A stretch of DNA of 64,000 nt from Klebsiella phage K64-1, in the sequence record AB897757.1, one strand, 5' to 3'. Below the pieces are notes generated by a model. The model saw only the letters and a list, made by a program, of their open reading frames with translations. It was not told the DNA's origin and made no database searches. Position numbers and translations under genes: made by a program. How positions within the stretch are numbered: the first letter of the stretch is position 1; each line of letters opens with the position of its first letter. Shown here one piece after another: positions 54,246 to 64,000 of the stretch.

Positions 54246-55814
54246 ATGAACAAATCAATCACACCGGACGTGACTCAATATAGTATTAAAAATCAAGAAT
54301 ATCTTCTTTCTCAAATTTTTACAAATCCAGATTTGTATGTACGTTGTAAAAATATCTTAAAACCTGAATATTTTGATAAGATATTTCAAAACAGTATTCA
54401 GTACGTTCATGAATACAGTAATAAGTACAACGGTGGTTTCCCAACTCTACTTGATATTGAAGTTAAAAGTGGATTTCAATACACTGAAATTAAAGTATCT
54501 GAATTAAACAAACAAGCTGTATTAGATCATTGCGGTGAATTTTGTCGTCACAAAGCACTAGCACTTGCAGTTGAAAAGGGAATGGAATTAGTTCAACAAA
54601 AAAAATATGGTGGTATTGAAGAATTAATCCGTGAAGCCATGCTTGTTACTGTACAAAATGAATTAGGTCTTGATGTATATGAAAACCCAGAGGAAACAAT
54701 CCAGTCACTTAAAGATATGCAGGGTTCGATGCGAAGTGGATGGGATACTCTTGATTTCAAATTATTTGGTGGTTTTGGTAAACAAGAACTTGAAATATTC
54801 GCGGCGGCAAGTGGTGGTGGTAAATCGGTTGTACTACAAAATATCGCAGTTAACTTTTCCAAAATGGGATTAAATGGTGCATATATTTCACTGGAACTTG
54901 CAGAAGAACTGGTTGCGGTTCGTATCTATGGTATGATGACTGATACTAAACTGAGTACAATCAAAAGCGATGCAAGTAACATTGGTATGAAAATCGCCAT
55001 TGATGGTAAACAGTCTGGTTCACTGAGGATTAAGCGTTTACCAGAATCGATTACAACTTCTAATGATATCGAAAGTTACATTCGAGAATTACAAATAAAA
55101 ACTGGGATTAAACTGGATTATATTTGTGTGGACTACTTAGACTTGATGACCTCGGAACGTAGTACTGATGCATCAAACGTGTTTGTTAAGGATAAATTTG
55201 TATCAGAAGAATTACGTGCCTTAGCACATACTATGGACATGACTGTATTCACAGCCGCACAGTTTAACCGTAGTGGTATTAATGAAGAAAAGAAAAGTCA
55301 GGCACAAATTGCAGGTGGCATGTCAAAGATTTATACTGCTGATAACGTAATTTATATCGAAACTAATAAAGATAAAGGTGAACTTTGGTTTGACTTCCAG
55401 AAAACTCGTAACAGTTCTGCTGTAGGTTCAAAACTTCGCATGTCTTATAATATGGACTCTCTTCGAGTACTGGATCATGCACAAACAATTCAGGAGCTTG
55501 AGTGTAATAAGAGTGGTTTTAAGCTCACACAGAGCACTATGGGTGTTGGTGGAGGCTCAGTGACACAACCACCTTCGACTATGACAAGTCTTCGCCACAG
55601 CCTTTACAATGCAAATATGGGGCTATCTCAACCAGTTGAAGTTGAACACAATGTAGACAACACAAGTGTACTAAATACTGACAATGAGGATGTTTTAAAT
55701 TCACCAGCGTATGAAAATGAAACAATTGAAGAATTTGAAATTGTAGAATCGGTGCAGACAAAACTTTCTCCAAGTAAAATTAGTAATATGAGAGACTTTT
55801 TAGGGAAGAGATAG
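54246..55814 (+). CDS. 41: replicative DnaB-like helicase gp41
   Basis: Walker A AAASGGGKS. DnaB-family arrangement. 522 aa. Adjacent to the primase gene. Confidence 0.85.
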   Translation: MNKSITPDVTQYSIKNQEYLLSQIFTNPDLYVRCKNILKPEYFDKIFQNSIQYVHEYSNKYNGGFPTLLDIEVKSGFQYTEIKVSELNKQAVLDHCGEFCRHKALALAVEKGMELVQQKKYGGIEELIREAMLVTVQNELGLDVYENPEETIQSLKDMQGSMRSGWDTLDFKLFGGFGKQELEIFAAASGGGKSVVLQNIAVNFSKMGLNGAYISLELAEELVAVRIYGMMTDTKLSTIKSDASNIGMKIAIDGKQSGSLRIKRLPESITTSNDIESYIRELQIKTGIKLDYICVDYLDLMTSERSTDASNVFVKDKFVSEELRALAHTMDMTVFTAAQFNRSGINEEKKSQAQIAGGMSKIYTADNVIYIETNKDKGELWFDFQKTRNSSAVGSKLRMSYNMDSLRVLDHAQTIQELECNKSGFKLTQSTMGVGGGSVTQPPSTMTSLRHSLYNANMGLSQPVEVEHNVDNTSVLNTDNEDVLNSPAYENETIEEFEIVESVQTKLSPSKISNMRDFLGKR

Positions 55815-55825
55815 GAATAATGTGA

Positions 55826-56095
55826 ATGGACGCAAAAAACCAAAATCTATTAGATAGTATTTTTGAACACACATCCGAAAAAAGATCAATACAGCATTTT
55901 AGTAATAGAGCAGATCACGCGATTAACTCTGTTATTAATTTACTTGAATATATAGAAACTGAATTTGATGCAGACGACGCTGAAGATTTAAAAAAGCGTT
56001 TATTTCTTAGTATAAAGAATAGAGACTATAAAAAGTTTCAAAAAGGATTGGAGAATATTGCACTCGATGAATCCAGAAAGAATAAGGATAATTGA
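55826..56095 (+). CDS. hypothetical protein
   Basis: 89-aa ORF. Confidence 0.4.
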   Translation: MDAKNQNLLDSIFEHTSEKRSIQHFSNRADHAINSVINLLEYIETEFDADDAEDLKKRLFLSIKNRDYKKFQKGLENIALDESRKNKDN

Positions 56096-56680
56096 TGATT
56101 TTTGACAAGTCCAAATTTGAAAAATTTACTAAACCACGTAAACTGAAATATATTCAGGAAAATGATTTTTTGGGATTTAATACAAAAAATGCAGTGATGG
56201 TATTATATTGTATAGAAAATGATTTAACAGATGTTGTATATGCACCTTGTGGATCTGAATGTAAAAATAACATCAACTAAACCATCCAAGTACTGTAATA
56301 GTTATAAAAACAGAAAGGAAGAAACATGTCCTCTGTGTCATAATTATTATAAAAATACAATGCAAGAGAAGTACAAAGAAAGTTGTACCAAAAAAATATG
56401 GTGTAGAAAATCCAATGAAAAGTACTGAAATTAGAGAAAACTATAAACAGAATTTCATTGAAAAAACAGGATATACAAATCCATTGTGCACAGGTACCGA
56501 TTCAAGAACAAAAAGAGATCAAACTTGTATTGTATTATTTGGTTCGGTATCTTCACAAAAACGACCCATCACTTTTGCCTAATTTAACAGAAGATGATAT
56601 AACTATCGGTTTGTATAAGTTCAATAAAATATACACTACTGGGAATTTGAAATATGAAAAAAACTATAAATGAAAATGCC
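56092..56680 (+). pseudogene. decayed copy of the N-terminal DNA-binding region of the 59097..60830 endonuclease
   Basis: Fragments in three frames (KNAVMVLY...YAPCGSECK, TCPLCHNYYKNTMQEKYKESCTKK, KKYGVENPMKSTEIRENYKQNFIEKTGYTNPLCTG) align in order with KNAVLRVY...YAVCGRKCK, YCEKCNKHWREKK and RKYGTNYNK...KTGYSCPLSNP of the intact gene. Confidence 0.6.
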
Positions 56681-56805
56681 AGTTCTGGAAGTACATCATC
56701 TGGATCTATTGCTTCCAGTACCAACGGATTACATTATCCGCTAGTCACCAGACTTCCCAAGACTAATTTCTTTGGAATGAAAGAATATAAAAAGAAGGAT
56801 AAAAA

Positions 56806-57198
56806 ATGAAACCATATACTTTCTATACAATCAATACAGTTGTTGATATTGGTGATGGTAGTACTCCTACTATATCAAATGGAAAGTTCACTGGTGCTAT
56901 GAATTTATCAAGGCTGGTAGAAACAATTACTATACATGATTATCCTATGATGGTAAGTATTGTAAAAACTGAAGTAGATTTATCAAAAGATAGTAATGCT
57001 GAATTTTACAATTTACCATCTGTGTGGGGAAAATGTGTTGTGAGTACTTTTAAGTTCGCATTAACAAATGATGTGACATTGAAAATTAATGGTGTTCCAT
57101 TGGTATTGCCTACTGTAGTTAATAATACCAGAATTACTAAATTCCAGACAATGAATACTAACAGGAATATCAGTATTATTAAGCAGACTTTTTATTAA
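56806..57198 (+). CDS. hypothetical protein
   Basis: 130-aa ORF. Confidence 0.45.
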   Translation: MKPYTFYTINTVVDIGDGSTPTISNGKFTGAMNLSRLVETITIHDYPMMVSIVKTEVDLSKDSNAEFYNLPSVWGKCVVSTFKFALTNDVTLKINGVPLVLPTVVNNTRITKFQTMNTNRNISIIKQTFY

Positions 57199-57238
57199 AA
57201 TAAATAATTGAAAGATCTTTTTTACAAAAGGAATTAAA

Positions 57239-58210
57239 ATGGATATTCAACAAACATCACAAGAATTACAAAAATTTGCTGATTCTCAGGGAATGAATAT
57301 TGATGTTTCTACTGTACTCGATAATATGGATGCTGGTGATTTCGTGGAATTGAATTCGGCTATCGACTCTAACAATAATCAAGAAATTTTTAAAATTCTT
57401 CAAAAATATAAAGCACGTATGAGTGAAAGTTTTGAATATTTTAGTCCAACATATGTACTTAAATACGTAACCGAAAATTCAAAACTAAAAGAAATTGATA
57501 ATTATAGTATTAAAGAATTAAAAGAAGCGTATTCAAAATTCAGTACATATGGTGATATTTCAGAATTTAGTACTCAGGAATTAAAAGCATTAGTGTATGA
57601 AGATATAACACAGAATGCTACACAGCTTAATGCGTTAAAAACTAGTAATATTGCACAACAAAATCTACAACAGCAACAACAACAAATTAATCCACAGACA
57701 CAGGCTAAAGTTAAACAAGCAGAATTACAAAAAGGTACGGGTAATATGAAAGTATCTGTTCCTGGTCAACAATCTGGTACAGATGAAATTGAACCCCTTG
57801 TTGGTATTGATGTTGGACAAACACCACAACAGACATTGGTTGTTACTAAAAGTGGTTCTAAACCAAATCAGGTTAATATATTTGGTCTAGATGACGTCAC
57901 CCCAGTTCAGGAATCAAGAAAACTAATGGATGACATTGATAAGATCTGCACAGAAGAAAAATCTGTACAAGAGATTAATGCAGAAACTAAAAATGTTGCT
58001 CCGCCAGCACCTGAACAAAGTGGAACGCCATCGCCAGTTACTTATACTGCTCCTGGTATGGGTGAGTTTATTCATTCAGTACAGGACGTTCCATTTGAAG
58101 ATGATTTCAGTGGAGAAGAAAGCCCATTAGGAAATTCTAAATTTGAACAGAATGATGAAATTGTTAACGATATAATTGATTTATGTAATCGAATGGATAA
58201 TAGAAAATGA
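57239..58210 (+). CDS. Gln-rich hypothetical protein
   Basis: 323 aa containing NLQQQQQQINPQTQ. Confidence 0.5.
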   Translation: MDIQQTSQELQKFADSQGMNIDVSTVLDNMDAGDFVELNSAIDSNNNQEIFKILQKYKARMSESFEYFSPTYVLKYVTENSKLKEIDNYSIKELKEAYSKFSTYGDISEFSTQELKALVYEDITQNATQLNALKTSNIAQQNLQQQQQQINPQTQAKVKQAELQKGTGNMKVSVPGQQSGTDEIEPLVGIDVGQTPQQTLVVTKSGSKPNQVNIFGLDDVTPVQESRKLMDDIDKICTEEKSVQEINAETKNVAPPAPEQSGTPSPVTYTAPGMGEFIHSVQDVPFEDDFSGEESPLGNSKFEQNDEIVNDIIDLCNRMDNRK

Positions 58211-58401
58211 GATCTATAAAAACCGACAATGGTTATAGTATTATCCTTAGTAATGAAGAGTACTCATTATATAGAAAAATTAAAGCTAGAAAAAAAATTC
58301 ACGAAGAATCTCTTCCTGAATATTATCAAGAACTCGCCAATAAACTGGTATCAAGGGGTGTTCTTGATAAAACTGAAGATAATATATATACAGTAAAATA
58401 A
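58207..58401 (+). CDS. hypothetical small protein
   Basis: 64-aa ORF overlapping the upstream stop. Confidence 0.4.
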   Translation: MRSIKTDNGYSIILSNEEYSLYRKIKARKKIHEESLPEYYQELANKLVSRGVLDKTEDNIYTVK

Positions 58402-58425
58402 TACAATGTAATTAAAGGAAGTTAT

Positions 58426-59079
58426 ATGAGTTATTATTCTGATGATTATGAACAAAATAAGAAGGCTAAATCAGAAATTTCTGATTTACTTACTGACTTG
58501 TATGATATTGGTTTTTATGATAAAAATGATATCCCACCACCGGTAAGCACGGCACCTGATTATGGTTATGATTATATTACAGAAGGTGTACAAGGTACTT
58601 ATTCACTGGATGAAAATGGTATTCCAGTTAATGTAGTACAACCCACTATCCCAGAACAGTACTATACTGAACCTGTTATTCAAAAACCAAAAAATACTAA
58701 AAAATGGGATTTAGTTGAAGATCACTATCCAGGTACTAAAAGTACTAAAGTCTATAGTATTAAATGTAATTCAAATGACCAAATTATTATGAATAACATT
58801 TTAATGCACGAAGCCGCTTTAACTTTAGTAAATCTTTTAAATGAAGGTAGAATGTTAACTGATCCAAAAATTCTTGGTATAATCAGCAGTGGTATTCAAT
58901 TTACTTCAGTTATGAATGAGGTCATAAAAGTATCAAAAGAACGTCTTGTGGTACTAAATGAAGCTCGTTATGATGATGCAAAAGAATTGGATGTAAAAAT
59001 TGCCGAAAAGAAAAATGAAGCATATAAACTGAAAAAACGTGTACTGGATTTTCTAAAAACTGAAGGCTACATTAAATAG
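58426..59079 (+). CDS. hypothetical protein
   Basis: 217-aa ORF. Confidence 0.5.
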   Translation: MSYYSDDYEQNKKAKSEISDLLTDLYDIGFYDKNDIPPPVSTAPDYGYDYITEGVQGTYSLDENGIPVNVVQPTIPEQYYTEPVIQKPKNTKKWDLVEDHYPGTKSTKVYSIKCNSNDQIIMNNILMHEAALTLVNLLNEGRMLTDPKILGIISSGIQFTSVMNEVIKVSKERLVVLNEARYDDAKELDVKIAEKKNEAYKLKKRVLDFLKTEGYIK

Positions 59080-59096
59080 TACTTCAAGGGAATGAA

Positions 59097-60830
59097 ATGA
59101 AAAAATATCTGAAAAATTTAGATACAGAAACAGAAAATCTATTTAATGAAATTCGTTCATTACTAAGTAACAAAAATAGTAAATCATGGCATACCTCAAT
59201 AAATGCTTCTGGAAGGGAGCATTTAAAAAACGCGGTACTCAGAGTCTATCCAAGTAGTGATTTTTTATTATCAGAAGCATTAAAACTGATTATCAATCAA
59301 GAAGAACCACCGTATGCAGTATGTGGTAGAAAATGTAAGTATTTTAATGGTCAGTATGATAGATATTGTTCATTGGGTGTCAAACCCAATAAAAACACTT
59401 ATTGTGAGAAGTGCAATAAACACTGGCGAGAAAAGAAAAACAAATCCACAAAAGAAAACTGTCTAAATCAGTACAATGTTGAACACCCTTTTCAGCGAAA
59501 TGATGTGAAAACAAAAGTACATGAAACTAAAATACGAAAATACGGTACTAATTATAATAAAATAATTTCAAACAAATCATTCAGTACTTATTATAATAAA
59601 ACTGGATATTCATGTCCATTGAGTAATCCAGATATACAACAAAAAATTAAAGAAACTAATATTAAAAATTATGGATATGAAAATCCCGGTTCATCTCCAT
59701 TAATTGTACAAAAAAGAAAAAATACCCAGAAGAAATTATATGGTCATGAACATTCTATGCAGAATGGTGATATAAAACTAAAGGTATTGATTAAATCTGC
59801 CACACAGAGAATGGATAGTATAAATTCAAAACTTGAATTTACTAATTTTATTCCTTTGTTTGATATTAGTGATTTAATTGGTTTGGATACATATAACAAA
59901 ATGCCATACTGGTGTAATACACATGGTTTATTTTATTCATGTAGTAATTATAAAATTATATGTAATGAATGCACTCCCGTTCATATAAGCACACAACACA
60001 AAGAGATATTAAATTTTATAGAAAATCTTGGTATTGAATGTGTAACGAATACACGCTCTGTTTTAAAAAGTACTATGGAATTGGATATTTTTATACCTGA
60101 CTTGAATGTTGCAATAGAAATTAATGGTATGTACTGGCATAGTACTGAATACAAAGAACGACTGTATCATCAAAACAAAATGTTGGAATGTAAAGAACAT
60201 GGCATTCACTTAATACAGATATGGGAAGATGAATGGAATACCAAACAAGATTTGGTTAAATTTCGTTTGATGAATGTATTAAAATGCTCCAGTACTATAT
60301 ATGCAAGAAAATGTAAAATAAAAGAAATCAATAAAAAAGAATGTGATAATTTTATTAATACATACCATATCCAAGGTTCTAGTTCATCATCTATTAGAAT
60401 TGGTTTATATTACGAAAATGAATTATATGCAGTTATGACATTTGGAAAATCCAGATTTGATAAAACTGTTCAGTATGAATTGATACGATATTGTTCAAAA
60501 AGTACAGTCGTTGGCGGTGCATCTAAATTATTAAAGTACTTTGAGAAGAAATACAAACCAGTGTCGTTGATTTCTTATGCAGATGCGTGTTGGAGTACTG
60601 GTGATTTATATATTAAACTTGGTTTTACATATAATGGATTAACTGAACCTGGTTATTTTTATTACAAATCAAGTACTGGTAGAATTTCAAGGCATCAATG
60701 TCAAAAGAAAAAACTAGTCAATCAGGGATATGATGAAAATTTATCAGAATATCAAATATGTACCACTGTACTTAAATATAACAAAATATTTGATTGTGGT
60801 AATTTTAAATTCACTAAATATTACATATAA
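59097..60830 (+). CDS. three-part putative homing endonuclease: zinc-ribbon plus K-YG-x-NP repeats, Vsr/DUF559-like PD-(D/E)xK domain, C-terminal GNAT-like domain
   Basis: CGRKC...CEKC. Repeats RKYGTNYNK / NYGYENPGSSPLIV / KLYGHEHSMQ. ELDIFIPDLNVAIEINGMYWHS fits the D...E.NG..WH pattern of Vsr/DUF559 nucleases. VVGGASKLL...SYAD...LGF looks like an acetyl-CoA-type fold. Confidence 0.55.
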   Translation: MKKYLKNLDTETENLFNEIRSLLSNKNSKSWHTSINASGREHLKNAVLRVYPSSDFLLSEALKLIINQEEPPYAVCGRKCKYFNGQYDRYCSLGVKPNKNTYCEKCNKHWREKKNKSTKENCLNQYNVEHPFQRNDVKTKVHETKIRKYGTNYNKIISNKSFSTYYNKTGYSCPLSNPDIQQKIKETNIKNYGYENPGSSPLIVQKRKNTQKKLYGHEHSMQNGDIKLKVLIKSATQRMDSINSKLEFTNFIPLFDISDLIGLDTYNKMPYWCNTHGLFYSCSNYKIICNECTPVHISTQHKEILNFIENLGIECVTNTRSVLKSTMELDIFIPDLNVAIEINGMYWHSTEYKERLYHQNKMLECKEHGIHLIQIWEDEWNTKQDLVKFRLMNVLKCSSTIYARKCKIKEINKKECDNFINTYHIQGSSSSSIRIGLYYENELYAVMTFGKSRFDKTVQYELIRYCSKSTVVGGASKLLKYFEKKYKPVSLISYADACWSTGDLYIKLGFTYNGLTEPGYFYYKSSTGRISRHQCQKKKLVNQGYDENLSEYQICTTVLKYNKIFDCGNFKFTKYYI

Positions 60831-60849
60831 CTTATAAGGAATATATAAA

Positions 60850-61473
60850 ATGTCTGACATTAAAAAAATCATGGAAGCTGAAAATCGTGTAGAAGCACTG
60901 AAGTTCATGCAGATTAATGAAAGTAATATTGAAAAACTGGAAGTGGTTCTCGCAATCAAATCTGGTATTGCCGATAAACTACAACGTGCTTCTGAGCAGT
61001 TGATGAACTACAGCGTTGACGTTCTCGGTCCAATTGTTGATCGTATTAAAGCAGAAGAAGGTATTGAAGTGGCCGAAGAATTTCAGTCCAGAGTTAAAAA
61101 CATCCTTCAACATGCAGCAGATGTAGTTATGGATGCTAAAGACCAGATCACTAACGAAACTCTTAAACTTACTGGTGATGTAGCTGATAATCCAGATGTG
61201 GCTGATATCGGTATTGATGATGATCTAACCGTTGATGAGGAAACCCCAACTTTTGATATGGAATCTGATGCTTCCTTTGATGATATTGAAGAACCTGTAC
61301 CGGAAGATCGTGCAATGAAAGAATCTGTACAATATACCCAAGTTGGTATCAAAATGGAAAGTACTAAAGGTACTATTGGTACAAAATATTTCAGTACTCA
61401 TAAAGAAGCTGAAAAATGGCTCAAAGAAAATGAATCTAAAGTCAAAAAAGTACTTGGGTTCGAGAAAAAATAA
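60850..61473 (+). CDS. acidic hypothetical protein
   Basis: 207 aa with a DVADNPDVADIGIDDDLTVDEETPTFDMESDASFDDIEEP stretch. Confidence 0.5.
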   Translation: MSDIKKIMEAENRVEALKFMQINESNIEKLEVVLAIKSGIADKLQRASEQLMNYSVDVLGPIVDRIKAEEGIEVAEEFQSRVKNILQHAADVVMDAKDQITNETLKLTGDVADNPDVADIGIDDDLTVDEETPTFDMESDASFDDIEEPVPEDRAMKESVQYTQVGIKMESTKGTIGTKYFSTHKEAEKWLKENESKVKKVLGFEKK

Positions 61474-61481
61474 GGTTAATT

Positions 61482-61832
61482 ATGAAATTTCGTGATATTG
61501 TAAAAATCACAGAAGATGCACCACCAAAAGATATTCGCAATATGATCACCAGTATTGCATTATCACTAGTTGCATCTGGTAGGGAAGAGGTTGGTATTCA
61601 GTCATTGGTTAATGAAATTAAGAAAAGGACTGGTATTGATGTTCCTTATAATGTGATGATGGATATTTTAAATTCGTTGCCATTTGTTCAGGATGCAAAT
61701 TCTGATAGAGTACAATTTTCAGGAACTGATACCAGTACTGACTTTAAGCAACCTAATTCAGAAGAAAGTTCTGAACAAAAAGTACAAGATATGGCTGGTA
61801 AAGCAGCCACCGACAGTATGAAATCACTATAA
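61482..61832 (+). CDS. hypothetical protein
   Basis: 116-aa ORF. Confidence 0.45.
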   Translation: MKFRDIVKITEDAPPKDIRNMITSIALSLVASGREEVGIQSLVNEIKKRTGIDVPYNVMMDILNSLPFVQDANSDRVQFSGTDTSTDFKQPNSEESSEQKVQDMAGKAATDSMKSL

Positions 61833-61884
61833 AATTTTTGAACAAAAAGACAAAAATAAGCTATAATTATGGAGTAACAAGGGA

Positions 61885-62592
61885 ATGTTTGTTCCACCTA
61901 TTATTAGCAGATATTCTTATGTTGATTATAAAAGAATTGAAGGCGGCTCTCAGGGTCGCCTTTATTCTACCCCAACCGGAAATCTGCCATCGGTAACTAC
62001 AATTCTAAGTGCCACATCCAATGATGAAGGATTGAAAAAATGGCGTGAATTTGTGGGAGAAGAAAAAGCCAATGCTATCACACTGGAAGCAACGACAATT
62101 GGTACCTTTATGCATGAAAATTTAGAAAATAGATTAAATTCTAAGCCAGATCATGAAGGTGGTATGCCAGTACGTGTATTAGCAAGAAAAATGGCTGATA
62201 AAATTCAAGAAGAAGCGTGGCCTAAAATTAATGAAGTATGGGGTCAGGAAGTACCACTGTACTATGAAGGTCTATGGGCTGGAACAACAGATTTGGTTGG
62301 AATTCATGACGGAATTCCAACCATCATGGATTACAAAAATTCTAGAAAAAAGAAAACATGGAATCATATTGAAAATTACCGTTTACAAATTGCCGCATAT
62401 GCGTTGGCTCATAACTATATGTATGGAACTGATATACGACGTGGTGTAATATTTGTTTGTGTAAGAGAAGATCCTCAAAATTTACAATATCAGGAATTTA
62501 TAATTGAAGGTGATGATTTTGATGAAGCCGTACAAATGTGGATTTCTAGAGTAGAGCAATATTATATAATGAATGGGCAAATTATAAATTAA
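61885..62592 (+). CDS. PD-(D/E)xK nuclease superfamily protein (RecB / lambda-exonuclease-like)
   Basis: TTDLVG...IMDYKNS has a D...D/E-x-K arrangement. A QxxxY-like YRLQIAAYA follows. Confidence 0.45.
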   Translation: MFVPPIISRYSYVDYKRIEGGSQGRLYSTPTGNLPSVTTILSATSNDEGLKKWREFVGEEKANAITLEATTIGTFMHENLENRLNSKPDHEGGMPVRVLARKMADKIQEEAWPKINEVWGQEVPLYYEGLWAGTTDLVGIHDGIPTIMDYKNSRKKKTWNHIENYRLQIAAYALAHNYMYGTDIRRGVIFVCVREDPQNLQYQEFIIEGDDFDEAVQMWISRVEQYYIMNGQIIN

Positions 62593-62612
62593 ATTAGCAA
62601 ACTGGAGTAACA

Positions 62613-63149
62613 ATGAAAGACAACGTATACATTTATATTATTAAAGTACTGGAAGGTAAAGGTTACAATATCAATGAAGTAATCAAGAAAAGCGATAAAG
62701 AAATCAAATCTCTTCCTCTATCTCGTCAGATTATTGAGGGTATTATTTCTTATAAAGAAAAAGGTTCCCCAAAACTAGAAGAAATCGAAAAGAAAATCTT
62801 TGATAAGAGATATAACCCAGACGTGGAAGTAAAAACTTCAGATATTATCGAATATGTAAAAAACACCGATGAACAAAATGAAGTCCTGGATAATATTAAA
62901 CAAGAACAACTTGAAGAAATTCCTGATGATGTAATTGTAATTAAACATACTGCTCCTAACAAAGAAGATTTGGATATCATCAAAGATGCCCTTCAACAAA
63001 AAGAACTCCGTACAATTGCAAAATATGTTAAACACCTGAAAGACACCGTTCCTTCTGCTATTATGTCTGCTGTTGATAGTGTGACTATTAATGACCTAAT
63101 TAATGCACGAATTGCAGAAGTAAAATCAGCAGAAGAAAAAACTAAATAA
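62613..63149 (+). CDS. hypothetical protein
   Basis: 178-aa ORF. Confidence 0.45.
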   Translation: MKDNVYIYIIKVLEGKGYNINEVIKKSDKEIKSLPLSRQIIEGIISYKEKGSPKLEEIEKKIFDKRYNPDVEVKTSDIIEYVKNTDEQNEVLDNIKQEQLEEIPDDVIVIKHTAPNKEDLDIIKDALQQKELRTIAKYVKHLKDTVPSAIMSAVDSVTINDLINARIAEVKSAEEKTK

Positions 63150-63180
63150 TCCTATAACGAACTTTGATTAAGGGTTTAAT

Positions 63181-63756
63181 ATGGCTCAACAACAAATCGC
63201 TTTACAACAAATCAGAACAGGTAAACAGCGTGATTTACCGGATGCGTTGGAAAAAGGACAACTAGGATTCAGTACTGACGTAGGTCGTATGTTCGTTGGT
63301 TTACCATCCTCATCTGATCCTGCAAGTTTAGTAGCAGGTCGTAATTGGGACAATGCACCAAATAGTGGGAAAGAAAATGTAGAAATTATTACGGAGTTTA
63401 CACCATGGCAGGTTGTTTCTAATATTGTAAACCGACCGTATGTATTCTCTGTACCGAAGGGTGGCAGTACGCAAATTTCAATTCAAAGTGATAATAGAGT
63501 GTTTCTTGATTATATGGCATATAACGATACTTCCAGTATTCTGGAAAGTGGTAATGTACAAATGTTGTGTAATGATTCAAAAACACTACTGGCACAATTT
63601 AATAATACAACTCAAGAAGAGGGTATCATTTCATTGACTTTCTCGGATGCAACATTCGATGAAAGTACTAAATTGATGGTATTCACTATCACTAATAATG
63701 ACACGGAAAGTGATTATAGTATAGAATTCGTATATAGAGGCTGGGATAAACCGTAA
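63181..63756 (+). CDS. hypothetical protein
   Basis: 191-aa ORF. Confidence 0.45.
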   Translation: MAQQQIALQQIRTGKQRDLPDALEKGQLGFSTDVGRMFVGLPSSSDPASLVAGRNWDNAPNSGKENVEIITEFTPWQVVSNIVNRPYVFSVPKGGSTQISIQSDNRVFLDYMAYNDTSSILESGNVQMLCNDSKTLLAQFNNTTQEEGIISLTFSDATFDESTKLMVFTITNNDTESDYSIEFVYRGWDKP

Positions 63757-63775
63757 AAGGCTCCCAGCCTTTTTA
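63756..63775 (+). terminator. terminator-like hairpin
   Basis: aaaggct-ccc-agccttt followed by ttat. Confidence 0.45.
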
Positions 63776-63824
63776 TCCCCTAAAATAATTAAAAACAATA
63801 AAAAAAAACTTAAAAGGATGTAAA

Positions 63825-64000
63825 ATGATTAACGTTATTAAACGTGATGGATCAAAAGAACCACTCGACCTTGATAAAATTCACCAGATTTTATTTTTTG
63901 CATGTGAAGGTATTTCTGGTGTGTCTGTGTCCGAAATTGAAATTCGTGCTAAATTGCAATTTCATGAAGGAATTAAAACTTCTGTAATTCATGATATCCT
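63825..64000 (+). CDS. nrdA: ribonucleotide reductase large subunit NrdA (N-terminal ATP-cone, partial)
   Basis: MINVIKRDGSKEPLDLDKIHQILFFACEGISGVSVSEIEIRAKLQFHEGIKTSVIHD matches the ATP-cone of class Ia NrdA (VTKRDGS.E..NLDKIH). Confidence 0.8.
   Translation, partial: MINVIKRDGSKEPLDLDKIHQILFFACEGISGVSVSEIEIRAKLQFHEGIKTSVIHDI

Noticed and set aside
54593-54873. Overlapping small ORFs on both strands inside helicase gene
   Set aside because: Shadow ORFs within a well-supported gp41 homologue.

Overview
This window is a segment of a low-GC, T4-like myovirus genome (gp23-type capsid, contractile tail). Most genes are on the + strand and there are many hairpin-plus-T-run terminators.

Core T4 genes I recognise from motifs:
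- Structural and lysis: partial baseplate gp25, T4-type lysozyme, gp5-like spike, portal gp20, prohead protease gp21, scaffold gp22, major capsid gp23.
- Transcription and recombination: late sigma gp55, gp47/gp46 (Mre11/Rad50-like), gp32 SSB, UvsX, UvsW, a DEDDh exonuclease.
- Replication and packaging: DNA polymerase gp43, a clamp-like protein, RNase H, large terminase gp17, primase gp61, helicase gp41, N-terminus of NrdA.

Gene order is not T4 order. The baseplate module follows the P2/Mu-like order LysM protein, hub, spike, gp25. The synteny blocks 55-47-46 and 20-21-22-23 are kept.

Accessory content includes an authentic GroES-like co-chaperonin next to an FmdB zinc-ribbon gene, and a C2H2-type zinc finger protein. 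There are three freestanding nucleases with N-terminal Cys-rich tandem repeats and a C-terminal GIY-YIG/T5orf172-like domain. A separate three-domain endonuclease has a decayed pseudogene copy 3 kb upstream. Two paralogous Ala/Val/Thr-rich genes sit on the minus strand.

Most notable observations:
1. The gp23 capsid gene is split between two frames in this sequence.
2. The terminase carries a LAGLIDADG intein in its P-loop. It starts with Leu and carries the class-3 W/C/T residues.
3. A 780-nt noncoding locus between lysozyme and gp5 is packed with direct repeats, an inverted repeat, hairpins and two 83-nt repeats. It may be an origin, an sRNA locus or a regulatory cassette.
4. A canonical -1 slippery heptamer (T_TTT_TTC) lies at the end of a 291-aa gene, and the -1 frame stays open to the terminator.
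5. The palindrome AGTACT / CAGTACTG is about 4-fold over-represented across the window.

All protein calls rest on motif-level recognition from memory. No database search was possible.
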